Shown: positions 48,275 through 61,173, counted from the first letter of the stretch. The stretch: 64,000 bases of DNA from an uncultured Ignavibacteriaceae bacterium (GCA_963699475.1 CAVOUA010000013.1:4978-68977), one strand, 5' to 3'. The notes: generated from the letters alone by a model not told the origin. Numbers and translations: made by a program.

Positions 48275-50262
48275 ATGAAAACTAATAAATACCTGGTCTT
48301 ACTTTTTTCTATGATGATATACTTTTATTCATCTGCTCAGCAAGCGGGTGATCTTGATAATGCGTTTGGAAGTTTGGGAATATCTATAGTAGATAATAAC
48401 GGCTATGATGATGCTGCGGGTTCGTCAGCTGTTCAATGGAACGGAAAAATTGTTATTGCTGGAACTTCTGTGGATGGAGCTCTTAGACGTATGAGTATTT
48501 TGAGAATGGGATCGCTTGGTACTCCCGATGTAACTTTTTCAGATGATGGCTGGCAGACTTTTAATCTGACAGGATATTATGAAACTGGGACAACAGCTTT
48601 AATGCAAGGTACCAGACCAGTAATGGCAGGTTATAGTGAAGATGCTTTGTTTCCCACGAGATTTTGTAATGTACAGATTTCGTGGTGGAGATGGTGAATT
48701 AAGTGAAAATTTTGGTGATAGTGGAATCGTTGTTACAGATTTTTTTGGCAATGGTTCTCTGGACGGTGCATATACCGGAGTGGTAGTTGGCAACAAAATT
48801 ATTTTGGCTGGTGAAATATATGCGTCCGATGTATCAAGTACTTTTGCCATAGCACGTTATAATCTAGGTGGTAGTTTAGATTTTTCTTTTGGTAGTAGTG
48901 GGCTGGTTACGACTGATTTTAGTACCTGGTACAACGGATACAAGAGATATAGTTTTTGGTCTGGCAGTTGAAAGAGAAGGAAAAATAATCGCAGTTGGGC
49001 AATCATCATACAATTGGGCAATGGCCCGGTATAATCCGGATGGAAGCCTGGACAACAGTTTTGGAACGAATGGCTTGGTCGTACAATCACCCGGCAATCG
49101 TCTTGATGCTGTAGTTACGCTACCTGATGGCAAAATTTTAGTTGCAGGAAGAGAGGGACCCATTACCCAGGTTGCCAGATACAATAACAACGGCATAATC
49201 GATAATACATTTGGCACATCTGGTAAAACTCAAATCCAGGGGGTCGGACCTTCAATAATAGTATATGGGAATAAAATACTCGTTGCAACATCTCTATATA
49301 GTTCAAGTTTTGATTTTGTTCTCACAAGATTGAATTATGATGGACAAATTGATAGCTCATTTGGAAGCAATGGATCGGTTGTTACTGAGGTTACTCCTCA
49401 AGATGATGTTGCAAGAGGTATTCATATTCAACCCAGTGGAAGGATTGTTTTAACAGGAGATACCTTTTATCCGGGCGACTTCGTGGCAGTAGGATACCAC
49501 AACGATCCATTTCAGGTAAATGTCCCATTCTACATTGTTGATCAAATCTGGAACCAGGGATTTATAAATTTTTCAGATTTGGGAGATCCCGGAGTAACAG
49601 CTGTTGATGCTGTTGTTCTTGCTGATAGCACTCCCGTGGGACCATTCAACGATTCGTTTGTTGCTTCCGGTGTTGCAAGCCGGTTTTATGAAATTTCTGT
49701 TACTCCACAAAATGCCGGAACAAATTCCTCCTTCAATGCTTCACTCAGACTCTATTATTCTGATGAGGACATTCAGGAAATTAATGAAGATGACATAAAG
49801 CTTGTGAGATTAACTAATGATGGTTGGATTTATGTTGGTGGTACCGTTAACACAAATGAAAATTATGTTGAAGCAAGTAACATTCACGAGGTAGGAATTT
49901 TTGCTTTCGCAGATCCTGATAGTATTACAAATGTAGATTCAAAAGAAGATGGGTTGGTGAATGAATTCAGGTTAGAACAAAATTATCCGAACCCATTCAA
50001 TCCAACTACAAAAATTAAATACACGATTCCATCTGTCATTGCGAGCGGAGCGAAGCAATCTCATTTCGTTTTTCTCAAAATATATGATGTTTTAGGAAAC
50101 GAAGTCGCAACACTTGTTAACGAATACAAAACAGCAGGAAGTTATGAAGTCGAATTCTCCGTAGGTCAGGACTCCAGTCCTGACATTACCAGCGGAATAT
50201 ACTTTTATAGATTGCAGGCAGGAAGTTTTGTAGAAACTAAGAAGATGATCTTACTTAAATAA
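48275..50262 (+). pseudogene. Secreted delta-60-repeat protein with T9SS C-terminal sorting domain; two +1 frame breaks near its 5' end
   Basis: ORFs 48275..48697, 48636..48971 and 48889..50262 join into one protein. Repeats of the type LDNAFGSLGI, LSENFGDSGIVV, LDFSFGSSGLV, LDNSFGTNGLV, IDNTFGTSGK and IDSSFGSNGSV match the D.SFG..G signature of delta-60 repeats. The C-terminal domain reads LEQNYPNPFNPTTKIKYTIP...IYDVLGNEVATLVNEYK...SGIYFYRLQAGSFVETKKMILLK. Confidence 0.8.
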
Positions 50263-50283
50263 TCTATGGGAAGCTGGAAAAGG

Positions 50284-50306
50284 GGCGGACACTTGTCCGC
50301 CTTTTT
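50284..50306. terminator. Hairpin terminator between convergent genes
   Basis: ggcggac (50284..50290) pairs with gtccgcc (50295..50301), followed by TTTTT. Confidence 0.7.
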
Positions 50307-50371
50307 ATTTACTAACAACTTCTCTTTTATAATTTCCATCTGCAATTTCTCTCGCGGTCAGATATGCAAGC

Positions 50372-51796
50372 TTAACTAATACTTTCAAACAAATTCGGAT
50401 TCAATGTTTCCGGGGTATCTGTCGGAAGATGAAGATGTTCGTAACTATATTTCGAAGCAAAATATAATCCGGGAATACCTTTTTCATAAAATGGTGTAAG
50501 GTCGGCACCGCCACCACTCCAGGTATTTTCAACCATTAGATTAAGGTCTTTTTTATCTAATTTATTTGCGATCTTCCATAATTCAGGAGCACTCTTTCCA
50601 TTACCAATCTGTATACTGTCTCCGTAGCCAACACAATCAAGATTAAACATTGCTATTATTTTCTCCGAATCAATTTTCAGGTTATCCACAAAATATTTTG
50701 ATCCGTAAAGTCCTTGCTCTTCACTAGCAAAAAGGACAAATAAAATACTTCGTTTGGGTTTTGTATTATCAAGCTGGAAAGCATTTGCTAATTCAATAAC
50801 TGCCGCAGAACCGGAGGCATTGTCATTAGCTCCGGGAAACAACAGACCAGCCTGTGAACCAACGTGATCTAAATGTGCGCCTATGATTAAATATTCGTTC
50901 TTCAATACCGGATCGCTTCCTTCAAGAAGACCAACGATATTCATCGTCTTTGCATACTTTTCGTAATCTGTTTGAACCTTTATTTCAGCTTCATTTTCTG
51001 TTATAAAAGAATTTGGCGTTTTGCTTTCATCTATTTTAGTCTGACTCCCGGCTAGTGAAAAACCCGATCCAGAAAGTATATTATTAGCTACCTCGATTGA
51101 TATTTGAAGCTGAGGAAAGTCCAAAATTTGTTCTCCTTCTCCATGCATTACGCTTCCGATCAATGGCTGTGGTTTACTATCATTTGGACGAGCGACAAAA
51201 AGAATTCCCTTTGCACCATGTTCGTAAGCAATTATGGATTTTTCCCTCGGATATTCCTGTCCCCACGGCTTATCATTTATTTTCCAGGAAGGATTTTGTT
51301 TAAATACTATTACTACTTTGTTTTCAACGTTTATATTTTCATAATCATCATATCCAAGATCGGGTCTTGAAATTCCATATCCACAAAATGCAACGGGAAG
51401 ATTAATGTTTCCAGAACCGGTAAATCCTCTAAATACAAAATCTTTTCCAAGTTCATAAGAAAAACTATTTTGAGAAGTAATAACTTTAAAGACTACAGGA
51501 GAATCAATTTTATTGTATTCAACATTTAAATATTGAAAATATCTTTCATCGCCTGCAGGTAATAAACCTATCTGTTCAAATCTTTCTGCTGCGAATTCAG
51601 CTGCTTTGTCATAGCCTTCGCTACCGGGAAGTCTGCCCCCAAATTCATCTGAGCAAAGTGTGTTTACAGTTTGCATAAGACTTTTACTGTTTATGCTTTC
51701 AAACCCTGCCTCGGGAACCTGAGAAATGATGTTGTTGAATGTGCATAGAACCGCAGCGAGGAAGAGTGCTGTTTTTATTTTACTGGGTGGTTTCAT
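50372..51796 (-). CDS. Secreted M28-family metallo-aminopeptidase with PA domain
   Basis: Signal peptide. Zinc-ligand regions IIGAHLDHVG, GANDNASGSAAVIELA, FASEEQGLYGS and NLDCVG.... Confidence 0.85.
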   Translation of the reverse strand: MKPPSKIKTALFLAAVLCTFNNIISQVPEAGFESINSKSLMQTVNTLCSDEFGGRLPGSEGYDKAAEFAAERFEQIGLLPAGDERYFQYLNVEYNKIDSPVVFKVITSQNSFSYELGKDFVFRGFTGSGNINLPVAFCGYGISRPDLGYDDYENINVENKVVIVFKQNPSWKINDKPWGQEYPREKSIIAYEHGAKGILFVARPNDSKPQPLIGSVMHGEGEQILDFPQLQISIEVANNILSGSGFSLAGSQTKIDESKTPNSFITENEAEIKVQTDYEKYAKTMNIVGLLEGSDPVLKNEYLIIGAHLDHVGSQAGLLFPGANDNASGSAAVIELANAFQLDNTKPKRSILFVLFASEEQGLYGSKYFVDNLKIDSEKIIAMFNLDCVGYGDSIQIGNGKSAPELWKIANKLDKKDLNLMVENTWSGGGADLTPFYEKGIPGLYFASKYSYEHLHLPTDTPETLNPNLFESIS

Positions 51797-51827
51797 TCTT
51801 GTGTGAATACACTTTTTTTAATAATAA

Positions 51828-51851
51828 AAAGGGACATAAGTGTGTCCCTTT
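51828..51851 (-). terminator. Terminator hairpin after gyrA
   Basis: aaagggaca (51828..51836) pairs with tgtcccttt (51843..51851). A T-rich stretch follows on the minus strand. Confidence 0.6.
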
Positions 51852-51868
51852 AAAAAGTGCTGCATTTA

Positions 51869-54322
51869 TTACTTTTCTTCTATTAAGCCGTTATCTTCTT
51901 CGGGAACAACTTTGGCAATATCTGCAATGGAATCGCCATCTTTTAGTCTGATTACTCTTACGCCTTGTGTTGCTCTTCCCATTACACGAATGTCTTTCAT
52001 GCTTTGTCTGATGACCATTCCTTTGGTTGAAATAATTACTAGCTCATCGTTATCATTAACTTCCATCAGTGCTATCATTTTTCCGATCTTATCACTTGTT
52101 TTTACAGTTATCACTCCCTTGCCGCCGCGATGTGTAATTCTATAATCATTTACGTCTGATCTTTTGCCGTATCCTTTTTCTGTAACGACCAGCACGCTCA
52201 TTCCCTGGCGCTTAATCACAAGCAATCCAACCGCTTTGTCGCCTTTACCCAGACGAACCCCCCTTACTCCTGTTGCCGTTCTGCCCATATCGCGCGCATC
52301 TTTTTCATGAAATCTAACTGCAAAACCATTACGCGTTCCAATCATAATATCATTTGTGCCGTCAGTCATTTTAACTTCAATAAGTCTGTCATTCTTTTTC
52401 AGGTTGATAGCGTTTATTCCACCCTTACGAACATTTCCATACGCAGACAGAACTGTTTTCTTTACAGTTCCTTGCTCGGTCGCCATAATGAGGAAATGAT
52501 CATCGCTGAATTCTTTAACTGCAACAAATGCAGTGATAGATTCTTCTTTTTCTTTTTGAAGAATATTTAAAATTGATCTTCCCCGGGCAGCCCTTCCACC
52601 CTCTGGGATTTCATGAACTTTGAGCCAGTAAACCCTTCCCTTATCAGTAAAGAAAAGAATGTACTGATGCGTGGAGGCAATGAACATGTGTTCTATAAAG
52701 TCATCTTCTTTGGTTCCGGCACCGGTTACACCTTTTCCGCCTCGCCCCTGTTTTCTATATCCGCTGACTGGAAACCTTTTAATGAATCCGCTGTGAGAAA
52801 TAGTTACAACAACATCTTCCTCAGCTATTATGTCTTCCAGAGAAAAGTCTTCATAGTCATAAACGATTTCGGTTCTTCTTGGGTCTGCATACTTTTTCTT
52901 CAGCTCAAGAAGTTCATCAGTAATGATGATGTATCTACGCTCTTCGTTTTTTAGAATTCCTTTGAGTTTTTCAATGAGTTTAATGGTTTCTTTGTACTCG
53001 TCTTCAATCTTTTGTCGTTCCAGACCCGTTAAACGCTGGAGACGCATATCGAGAATTGCTTTTGCCTGGATCTCACTTAGCTTGAATTTTTTCATCAGGT
53101 TTTGCTTGGCAGTCTCAACATCTTTCGATTTCTTTATTGTCTGAATAACTGCATCAATATTATCAAGCGCAATTATGTAGCCTTCAAGTATATGCGCACG
53201 CTTCTCTGCGGCATCAAGCTCATATTTTGTTCTGCGTATCAGCACATCCATTCTATGTTCAAGGAAGTGCTGAAGCATCTCTTTAAGATTAAGAACTTTT
53301 GGAACGCCTTTAACCAGAGCAAGCATTATCACGCCAAATGTTGTTTGCATCTGTGTGTGAACAAAAAGCTGATTCAGCACAATCGGCGGCTGAGCATCTT
53401 TCTTCAGTTCTATTACTACTCTTAAACCATCTCTGTCCGATTCATCCCTAATATTACTTATATCGCCTATCTTTCCGGCGCGAACAAGATCCGCTATTTT
53501 TTCAATGAGGTTCGCCTTGTTAACCTGGTAGGGAAGCTCTGTAATAATTATGTGTTCCCGACCATTTTTTTGTGTTTCGATATTTGCCTTTGCACGAACA
53601 ATTATTCTTCCTCTTCCCGTAAGAAACGCTTCTTTTACTCCAGCATAACCATAAATTATTCCGGCAGTAGGAAAGTCCGGTGCGATGATATTCTTCATCA
53701 GCTTTTCAATGGTAATGTTCGGATTCTTAATAAGGTTTATCAATCCGTCAACCACTTCGCCAAGATTGTGCGGGGGAATGTTGGTTGCCATACCAACAGC
53801 AATTCCGCTGGCTCCATTAATTAGTAGATTCGGAAGATATGAAGGCATAACTGTTGGCTCTTGCAGCGAGTCATCAAAGTTAGGTATAAAATCTACCGTG
53901 TTCTTATCAAGATCGCGAAGCATTTCTTCTGAAATTCTTGCAAGTCTTGCTTCTGTATATCTCATTGCCGCTGGCGAGTCACCATCAACTGAGCCAAAGT
54001 TGCCCTGCCCATCAACGAGTGGATAGCGTAAGGAAAAATCCTGTACCATTCTAACCATTGAATCATAAACTGCTGTGTCACCGTGCGGATGATATTTACC
54101 AAGCACCTCTCCCACAATCCTTGCTGACTTTTTGTAGGGTTTATTATGAGACATACCTAGATCGTGCATGCCGTAAAGAACCCTTCGATGAACGGGTTTC
54201 AGTCCGTCTCTGACATCGGGTAATGCGCGTGCAACGATTACAGACATTGCGTAATCTATGTAAGAGGATTTCATTTCCTCTTCAAGTGTGATCGGTATTA
54301 TTTTTTCAAAAATTGTTGCCAT
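51869..54322 (-). CDS. gyrA: DNA gyrase subunit A
   Basis: 817 aa. [50 protein letters not shown] and [10 protein letters not shown] (catalytic Tyr), plus C-terminal beta-pinwheel repeats. Confidence 0.97.
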   Translation of the reverse strand: MATIFEKIIPITLEEEMKSSYIDYAMSVIVARALPDVRDGLKPVHRRVLYGMHDLGMSHNKPYKKSARIVGEVLGKYHPHGDTAVYDSMVRMVQDFSLRYPLVDGQGNFGSVDGDSPAAMRYTEARLARISEEMLRDLDKNTVDFIPNFDDSLQEPTVMPSYLPNLLINGASGIAVGMATNIPPHNLGEVVDGLINLIKNPNITIEKLMKNIIAPDFPTAGIIYGYAGVKEAFLTGRGRIIVRAKANIETQKNGREHIIITELPYQVNKANLIEKIADLVRAGKIGDISNIRDESDRDGLRVVIELKKDAQPPIVLNQLFVHTQMQTTFGVIMLALVKGVPKVLNLKEMLQHFLEHRMDVLIRRTKYELDAAEKRAHILEGYIIALDNIDAVIQTIKKSKDVETAKQNLMKKFKLSEIQAKAILDMRLQRLTGLERQKIEDEYKETIKLIEKLKGILKNEERRYIIITDELLELKKKYADPRRTEIVYDYEDFSLEDIIAEEDVVVTISHSGFIKRFPVSGYRKQGRGGKGVTGAGTKEDDFIEHMFIASTHQYILFFTDKGRVYWLKVHEIPEGGRAARGRSILNILQKEKEESITAFVAVKEFSDDHFLIMATEQGTVKKTVLSAYGNVRKGGINAINLKKNDRLIEVKMTDGTNDIMIGTRNGFAVRFHEKDARDMGRTATGVRGVRLGKGDKAVGLLVIKRQGMSVLVVTEKGYGKRSDVNDYRITHRGGKGVITVKTSDKIGKMIALMEVNDNDELVIISTKGMVIRQSMKDIRVMGRATQGVRVIRLKDGDSIADIAKVVPEEDNGLIEEK

Positions 54323-54350
54323 CTCTCAATTGTTTTATTTTGTTAAAATA

Positions 54351-56345
<1,995 letters not shown>

Positions 56346-56648
56346 TTATCCGATAAACCTTATTTGATTAATTCTTTTTTCATTAAAGTGCTTGTTTATT
56401 TTTTCTATCATTTCCAATTCCATGAACTTCAGCTCGTTTCTCCAGGCGGGATTTTCTATCTTAAGTTTCAAAATTCTTTTTTCACATGATTGTGGTATCG
56501 CAACCTTTTCAAGATTTGGAAACATTTCATAAAAGTGTACTATAACATCCGCTGAATTAACAATCTCGCGAACACCTGCAAGAGATCTTTCTTTTCTAAA
56601 AACTTCCTTTAAACTTTTAAAATTGTTACGCATAGGAAACGCTACCAT
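56346..56648 (-). CDS. DUF721 (DciA-like) protein
   Basis: 100-aa ORF in the conserved recF-DUF721-gyrB position. It overlaps the recF 3' end by 23 nt. Confidence 0.8.
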   Translation of the reverse strand: MVAFPMRNNFKSLKEVFRKERSLAGVREIVNSADVIVHFYEMFPNLEKVAIPQSCEKRILKLKIENPAWRNELKFMELEMIEKINKHFNEKRINQIRFIG

Positions 56649-57738
56649 CCATAGAAATTTTTATAACGCGGTCTTCCTTTCCTATTTTCAAAGATGATAT
56701 GTTTCCAAAATCAGTTAGTGTAATAATTGCCTGACCAACTGTAGACAGATAATCACTAATGGCACCAACTCGCTCTGCATCAAGTTCACCGAAAACATCA
56801 TCAAGGAGAAATAAGGGGGAATTTCCTATTTTATCCTTGAGATAAAAAAATTCCGCAAATCTTAACACGGTCTGAAACGTCTTGTGCTGTCCCTGTGAAC
56901 CATAACTTTTAAGACTTATTCCATTAATTTCAAATATGAAATCATCCCTATGTGGACCGACCAGATTCGTTCCCCGGCGTATTTCGTCTTCTATTCTTTG
57001 ATCAAGTAAAAGTTCAAAGTGAGTTTCTAAATTGTCTTGTTGCTTTCCATCAAGATAATAATAACGAATTTTAGGTTCTTCTTTGTCAGGAAGTATTTTT
57101 AGATATGAGTCGCTGATATATGATTCAAATTCAGTAACAAAATCTTTCCTATGCTTTATTATTTCAACTCCGGAATTGACCAGTTTTTTATTCCATGCCT
57201 CCAGTTCGCTGGTATCTCTACTATTACTTTCTCTTAATCTGTTTAACAGAAAGGATCGTTGCTTCAAGGTCCTGTTATATTCAATGAGAAGATTTAAATA
57301 CGTCCTGCTTGCCTGCGAAATTACCGAGTCTACAAATCTTCTTCTCTCCGCCGGGTAACCCTGTGTTATAGAATGATCCGCCGGAGATAGTAATACTACA
57401 GGAAATTTTCCTATTATATCAGAAAATCTTGAGACTTGTTTGTTGCTTAACATATAAGCTTTTTTATTCTCAACATTTGAGTAGTTAATCTGGACGTTGT
57501 CGTTGGTCAATCCTTTAAAATTACCCTGAACACTAAAACCATTTTCTCCTATTTTAACAGCCTCTGAGTCTGATGTAGTAACGCAGCTTTTTGTAGTACA
57601 GAGGTAATGAATCGATTCCAGAATAGTTGTCTTACCAACACCGTTTCCACCAACTATATAGTTTAACTTGTTTGCAAATTCAATTTTGGTATCGGTGTGT
57701 TTTCTAATCTTTCTCAGGCTGATTGAAGACAGGAACAT
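56626..57738 (-). CDS. recF: DNA replication/repair protein RecF
   Basis: Walker A GGNGVGKTTILESI, signature SQGQHKT and Walker B LFLLDDVFGELD. 370 aa. Confidence 0.93.
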   Translation of the reverse strand: MFLSSISLRKIRKHTDTKIEFANKLNYIVGGNGVGKTTILESIHYLCTTKSCVTTSDSEAVKIGENGFSVQGNFKGLTNDNVQINYSNVENKKAYMLSNKQVSRFSDIIGKFPVVLLSPADHSITQGYPAERRRFVDSVISQASRTYLNLLIEYNRTLKQRSFLLNRLRESNSRDTSELEAWNKKLVNSGVEIIKHRKDFVTEFESYISDSYLKILPDKEEPKIRYYYLDGKQQDNLETHFELLLDQRIEDEIRRGTNLVGPHRDDFIFEINGISLKSYGSQGQHKTFQTVLRFAEFFYLKDKIGNSPLFLLDDVFGELDAERVGAISDYLSTVGQAIITLTDFGNISSLKIGKEDRVIKISMDGSVSYA

Positions 57739-57739
57739 T

Positions 57740-58849
57740 TTAAGTATTTAATCGCACCGGCATTAGCAGAAGCATCAAATCTTCTCCATCCAGCTTTTTC
57801 CCTGGTTCAATTATACACGCCTTTGTTGGAGAATGAAGTTTGAATAATACTTCCTCATCATCTACATGTGTTAAAATGTCGTTTACATACTGAGTGTTGA
57901 ATCCAATATCCATTTGCTCACCGCTGTACTCACAAGAAATATTTTCGACTGCATTAGAACCCAAATCTATATCTTCGGCCGAAACAACAATATTGTTTTT
58001 ACTTATTGAAAACTTAACCTGCTTAGAACTCGACGAAGAAAAAAGCATCATTCTCCTAACTGTAGATAGAAGATCATGTCTTTTAATCCTAAGTATATTC
58101 TCGTTTTCTAGTGGAATTACACTGCTATATGCGGGATATTTCTCGGCAATGAGCCTAGAACTGAATTCAACATCACCAATTATAAAAGTTATGTACGATT
58201 TACCAAGATAAAATTTTACGTCTGTTTCACTGAGTAGTTTTGATAAAACAGAAATGGCTCTTTCTGGCACAATATATTGTTCCTCTGAACCGGTTTTAAC
58301 ATCTTTAAATATTAATCGAACAAGCCGATGTCCATCTGTAGTAACAAATTTTAAACCTTCGGAGGTAAACTCTAACAAGGTTCCTGTCATTGCTGGTCTC
58401 ATATCCTCTTTGCTCATTGCAAAAGATGTTTGATCAATGGCTCTCTTTAAATCTTTTCCGCTTATGATAATTTCTTTGCTCTTTGCTACGGTTGGAGATT
58501 CAGGAAAATCTTCCGAGGGAGAAAAGCTGATATTGTAAATGCCGTTCTCGGTTGTAAGTTTAAGTTTATTGTTTCCATCAACACTGAAATTTATCTGAAC
58601 ATCTTCCATTGATCTAATCACATCATACATTAACCGTGCGGGTACTACGATACTCAGGTCTTCGTTTGCAGCAATGCTTATTGATGATTTTAAAGAAATT
58701 TCCAGGTCAGTTGCATGAATAACTAGTAACCCGCTCTTTATCTCGAAGAGAAAGTTCTCTAAAATGGGCATGGGGGTTCGTGCCGGAACGGCCGGAATAA
58801 TTTTAGAAAGAGTCTTTTCTAGTATTTTACTGTTTACTTTAAATTCCAT
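57740..58849 (-). CDS. dnaN: DNA polymerase III beta subunit (sliding clamp)
   Basis: MEFKVNSKILEKTLSKI...PILENFLFE...LVIHATDLEISL. Three-domain length of about 370 aa. Start taken at the internal ATG 58849 of ORF 57740..58903. Confidence 0.93.
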   Translation of the reverse strand: MEFKVNSKILEKTLSKIIPAVPARTPMPILENFLFEIKSGLLVIHATDLEISLKSSISIAANEDLSIVVPARLMYDVIRSMEDVQINFSVDGNNKLKLTTENGIYNISFSPSEDFPESPTVAKSKEIIISGKDLKRAIDQTSFAMSKEDMRPAMTGTLLEFTSEGLKFVTTDGHRLVRLIFKDVKTGSEEQYIVPERAISVLSKLLSETDVKFYLGKSYITFIIGDVEFSSRLIAEKYPAYSSVIPLENENILRIKRHDLLSTVRRMMLFSSSSSKQVKFSISKNNIVVSAEDIDLGSNAVENISCEYSGEQMDIGFNTQYVNDILTHVDDEEVLFKLHSPTKACIIEPGKKLDGEDLMLLLMPVRLNT

Positions 58850-58981
58850 TAATTTGCTCCTATTAAAGCACAGAAAAATACTAAAAAAGGAAGGTAATAA
58901 CAACGAATTAAGCGCACCGAAATGCGCTTAAAATAATAAAGTTAGAGAATTTTGTAGGAGTAGTTCTATTTTCAGTAGACT

Positions 58982-59389
58982 CTATGGACCTACAGGATTC
59001 GGGTCTTCTCCTTCTGTTAGGTCATCAGAGGTAGTAACACTGGCATAAATAGTATAGACACCTTCTGCACTCAAAACACTAGAGTAAATTACTAAAATTT
59101 TTGTACCAGCTTTTAATACAAAGGTTCCTGACATTTCGCCTTCTGCAGATGAACTGGTCGCGTTCGATGGTAAATTATAAGTGGTTTCATATTCAAACTC
59201 ACCTTTATCAATATCTTTTAATTCTGCCACCTGACCACTAGAAACATCTATAGTCTCTCCACGAAAACTTACAATAACATCTCCTGCCGCCTTGTTCTGA
59301 AAAGTAATATTGTTAATAGGACCATCAGAACAGTTAACTAGTGTTAACGAAAGAATTATTAACAGAAATGAAAATAAAATATGTTTCAT
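58982..59389 (-). CDS. Small secreted protein or possible lipoprotein (135 aa) between dnaA and dnaN
   Basis: MKHILFSFLLIILSLTLVNCSDG... signal peptide with Cys. Start taken at the internal ATG 59389 of ORF 58982..59467. Confidence 0.6.
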   Translation of the reverse strand: MKHILFSFLLIILSLTLVNCSDGPINNITFQNKAAGDVIVSFRGETIDVSSGQVAELKDIDKGEFEYETTYNLPSNATSSSAEGEMSGTFVLKAGTKILVIYSSVLSAEGVYTIYASVTTSDDLTEGEDPNPVGP

Positions 59390-59769
59390 ATCGCTTCTTC
59401 CTATTGTTATTTTTATTTTTAGAATTACAATTAAACAAAAAATAGACCAAAAAAAGCAATAAATCAATAAAGGTTTTAGTTGTCCAAAGAGATTATTTAG
59501 AGTTATAAACGCCTTTAATTATTATCATATGTATATTTTTACTTAAATAATAGTAATTATTACAATGTTAAAATGTTAGTTGTGAGCTAAAGTTAAGTAA
59601 TATAAAAACTTATATATTTTTTATAAGTAAGCTATTTGTTAGTAAATTGCTTATTAAATGAACTTATGAAAGGATGGTTTATAACTTCTATTTATTCACA
59701 AGTAATACTAATCAACAACACAAGTTATCAACAAAAACAAAAAGAATTAATTTATACGGTAGTTTATAC

Positions 59770-61173
59770 CTACGAAGACAGCTCAACTTTGTTTCTTATT
59801 TCCTCTAGAATTTTGCCGAATGATACATCCCTCATCTTATATTCGTCAATAGTATTACAAGCATGAATAACGGTAGAGTGATCTCTACCGCCGAAGTGAA
59901 GTCCGATTGTTTTTAAAGACGAGAGCGTTAAATCCTTTGACAGAAACATAGCTATTTGCCTTGCCAAAACAATTTCTTTTTTACGTGTCTTATCTCTGAT
60001 TTTATTTTCAGCAACACCAAGATGTTCGCACACAACTCTGGTAATTGTTTCTATTGTAAGTGTGCTTGTTTTTCTATCAGTTGCAATTTCCTTTACCGTT
60101 TTTTTTGCAAGTTCAAAAGTAATTTCTTTCGAGCTTAATGAAACGCTGGCAAGAAGTTTTATAAGACAACCTTCAAGTTCCCTGATATTAGAGGTTATAT
60201 TTGTTGCTATGTATTCCAAAATTTCGTTTGAAACAACCATGCCATATGTTTCGGCCTTCCTTTTTAATATAGCTATTCTTGTTTCAAGCTCTGGTGGCTG
60301 AATGTCTGCTGTTAGACCCCATTGAAATCTGGAGATTAATCTCTCATCTAATCCTTTCAAGTCCTTGGGTGGTTTATCACTGGATAAAATTATTTGCTTT
60401 CTTGATTGGTGAAGTGTATTGAATATATGAAAGAAAAGATCCTGTGTCTTTTCCTTTCCAATTAAGAATTGGATGTCATCAATTATAAGAACATCCATAC
60501 TTCTGTAAAAATTTGAAAACTCGTTTACACGATTTGATTGAATCGACTCAACAAATTCTACAGTAAATATATCGGAGGATAAATAAATAACTTTTTTATC
60601 AGGGAAGTTTTTTACAATCTGGTTTCCTATTGCCTGGATTAGATGTGTTTTTCCAAGACCAACTCCACCATATAGAAACAGGGGATTAAAGGAAGTCCCT
60701 CCCGGATTGTCACTAATGGCACCCGCCGCTGCTCTTGCTAACTGATTTCCTTCCCCCTTTATAAAATTATCAAATGTATATCTTGTGTTTAGGTTCGACT
60801 CAAACGAATGCTTGAGTTTTGGTTTATCAACCAGAGTCGTTTGTGAAACAGAATTTTCGGAAACAGTTTCCCCACCATCGATAAATGACATATCTTCAGC
60901 AATAACATAAGTCAGTTTAGCGTCTTTACCCAGCACATCCGTAATTGACCTGGTAATTAAGCCATTAAAGTGCTCGTCAATCCATTCCCAAAAAAACTGG
61001 CTTGGAATCTGAACCTTAAGGGTTGAATCAATAAGCTCAATTGGTTTTATAGGAAGGAACCACGTATTGTAAGTCATCATGGAAACATTTTCCTTTATCT
61101 TTAAAAGGCAAGCTTTCCAGATATTTATAGGATCTTTAGTAGAAATCTTATCCGTAATTTCAAGCTCTTGCAT
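59770..61173 (-). CDS. dnaA: Chromosomal replication initiator DnaA
   Basis: AAA+ Walker A LFLYGGVGLGKTHL, Walker B LIIDDIQFL, sensor SNIRELEG, and C-terminal DNA-binding helix IGLHFGGRDHSTVIHA. Start at ATG 61173 (MQELEITDK...); the ORF track extends to a TTG at 61224. Confidence 0.95.
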   Translation of the reverse strand: MQELEITDKISTKDPINIWKACLLKIKENVSMMTYNTWFLPIKPIELIDSTLKVQIPSQFFWEWIDEHFNGLITRSITDVLGKDAKLTYVIAEDMSFIDGGETVSENSVSQTTLVDKPKLKHSFESNLNTRYTFDNFIKGEGNQLARAAAGAISDNPGGTSFNPLFLYGGVGLGKTHLIQAIGNQIVKNFPDKKVIYLSSDIFTVEFVESIQSNRVNEFSNFYRSMDVLIIDDIQFLIGKEKTQDLFFHIFNTLHQSRKQIILSSDKPPKDLKGLDERLISRFQWGLTADIQPPELETRIAILKRKAETYGMVVSNEILEYIATNITSNIRELEGCLIKLLASVSLSSKEITFELAKKTVKEIATDRKTSTLTIETITRVVCEHLGVAENKIRDKTRKKEIVLARQIAMFLSKDLTLSSLKTIGLHFGGRDHSTVIHACNTIDEYKMRDVSFGKILEEIRNKVELSS

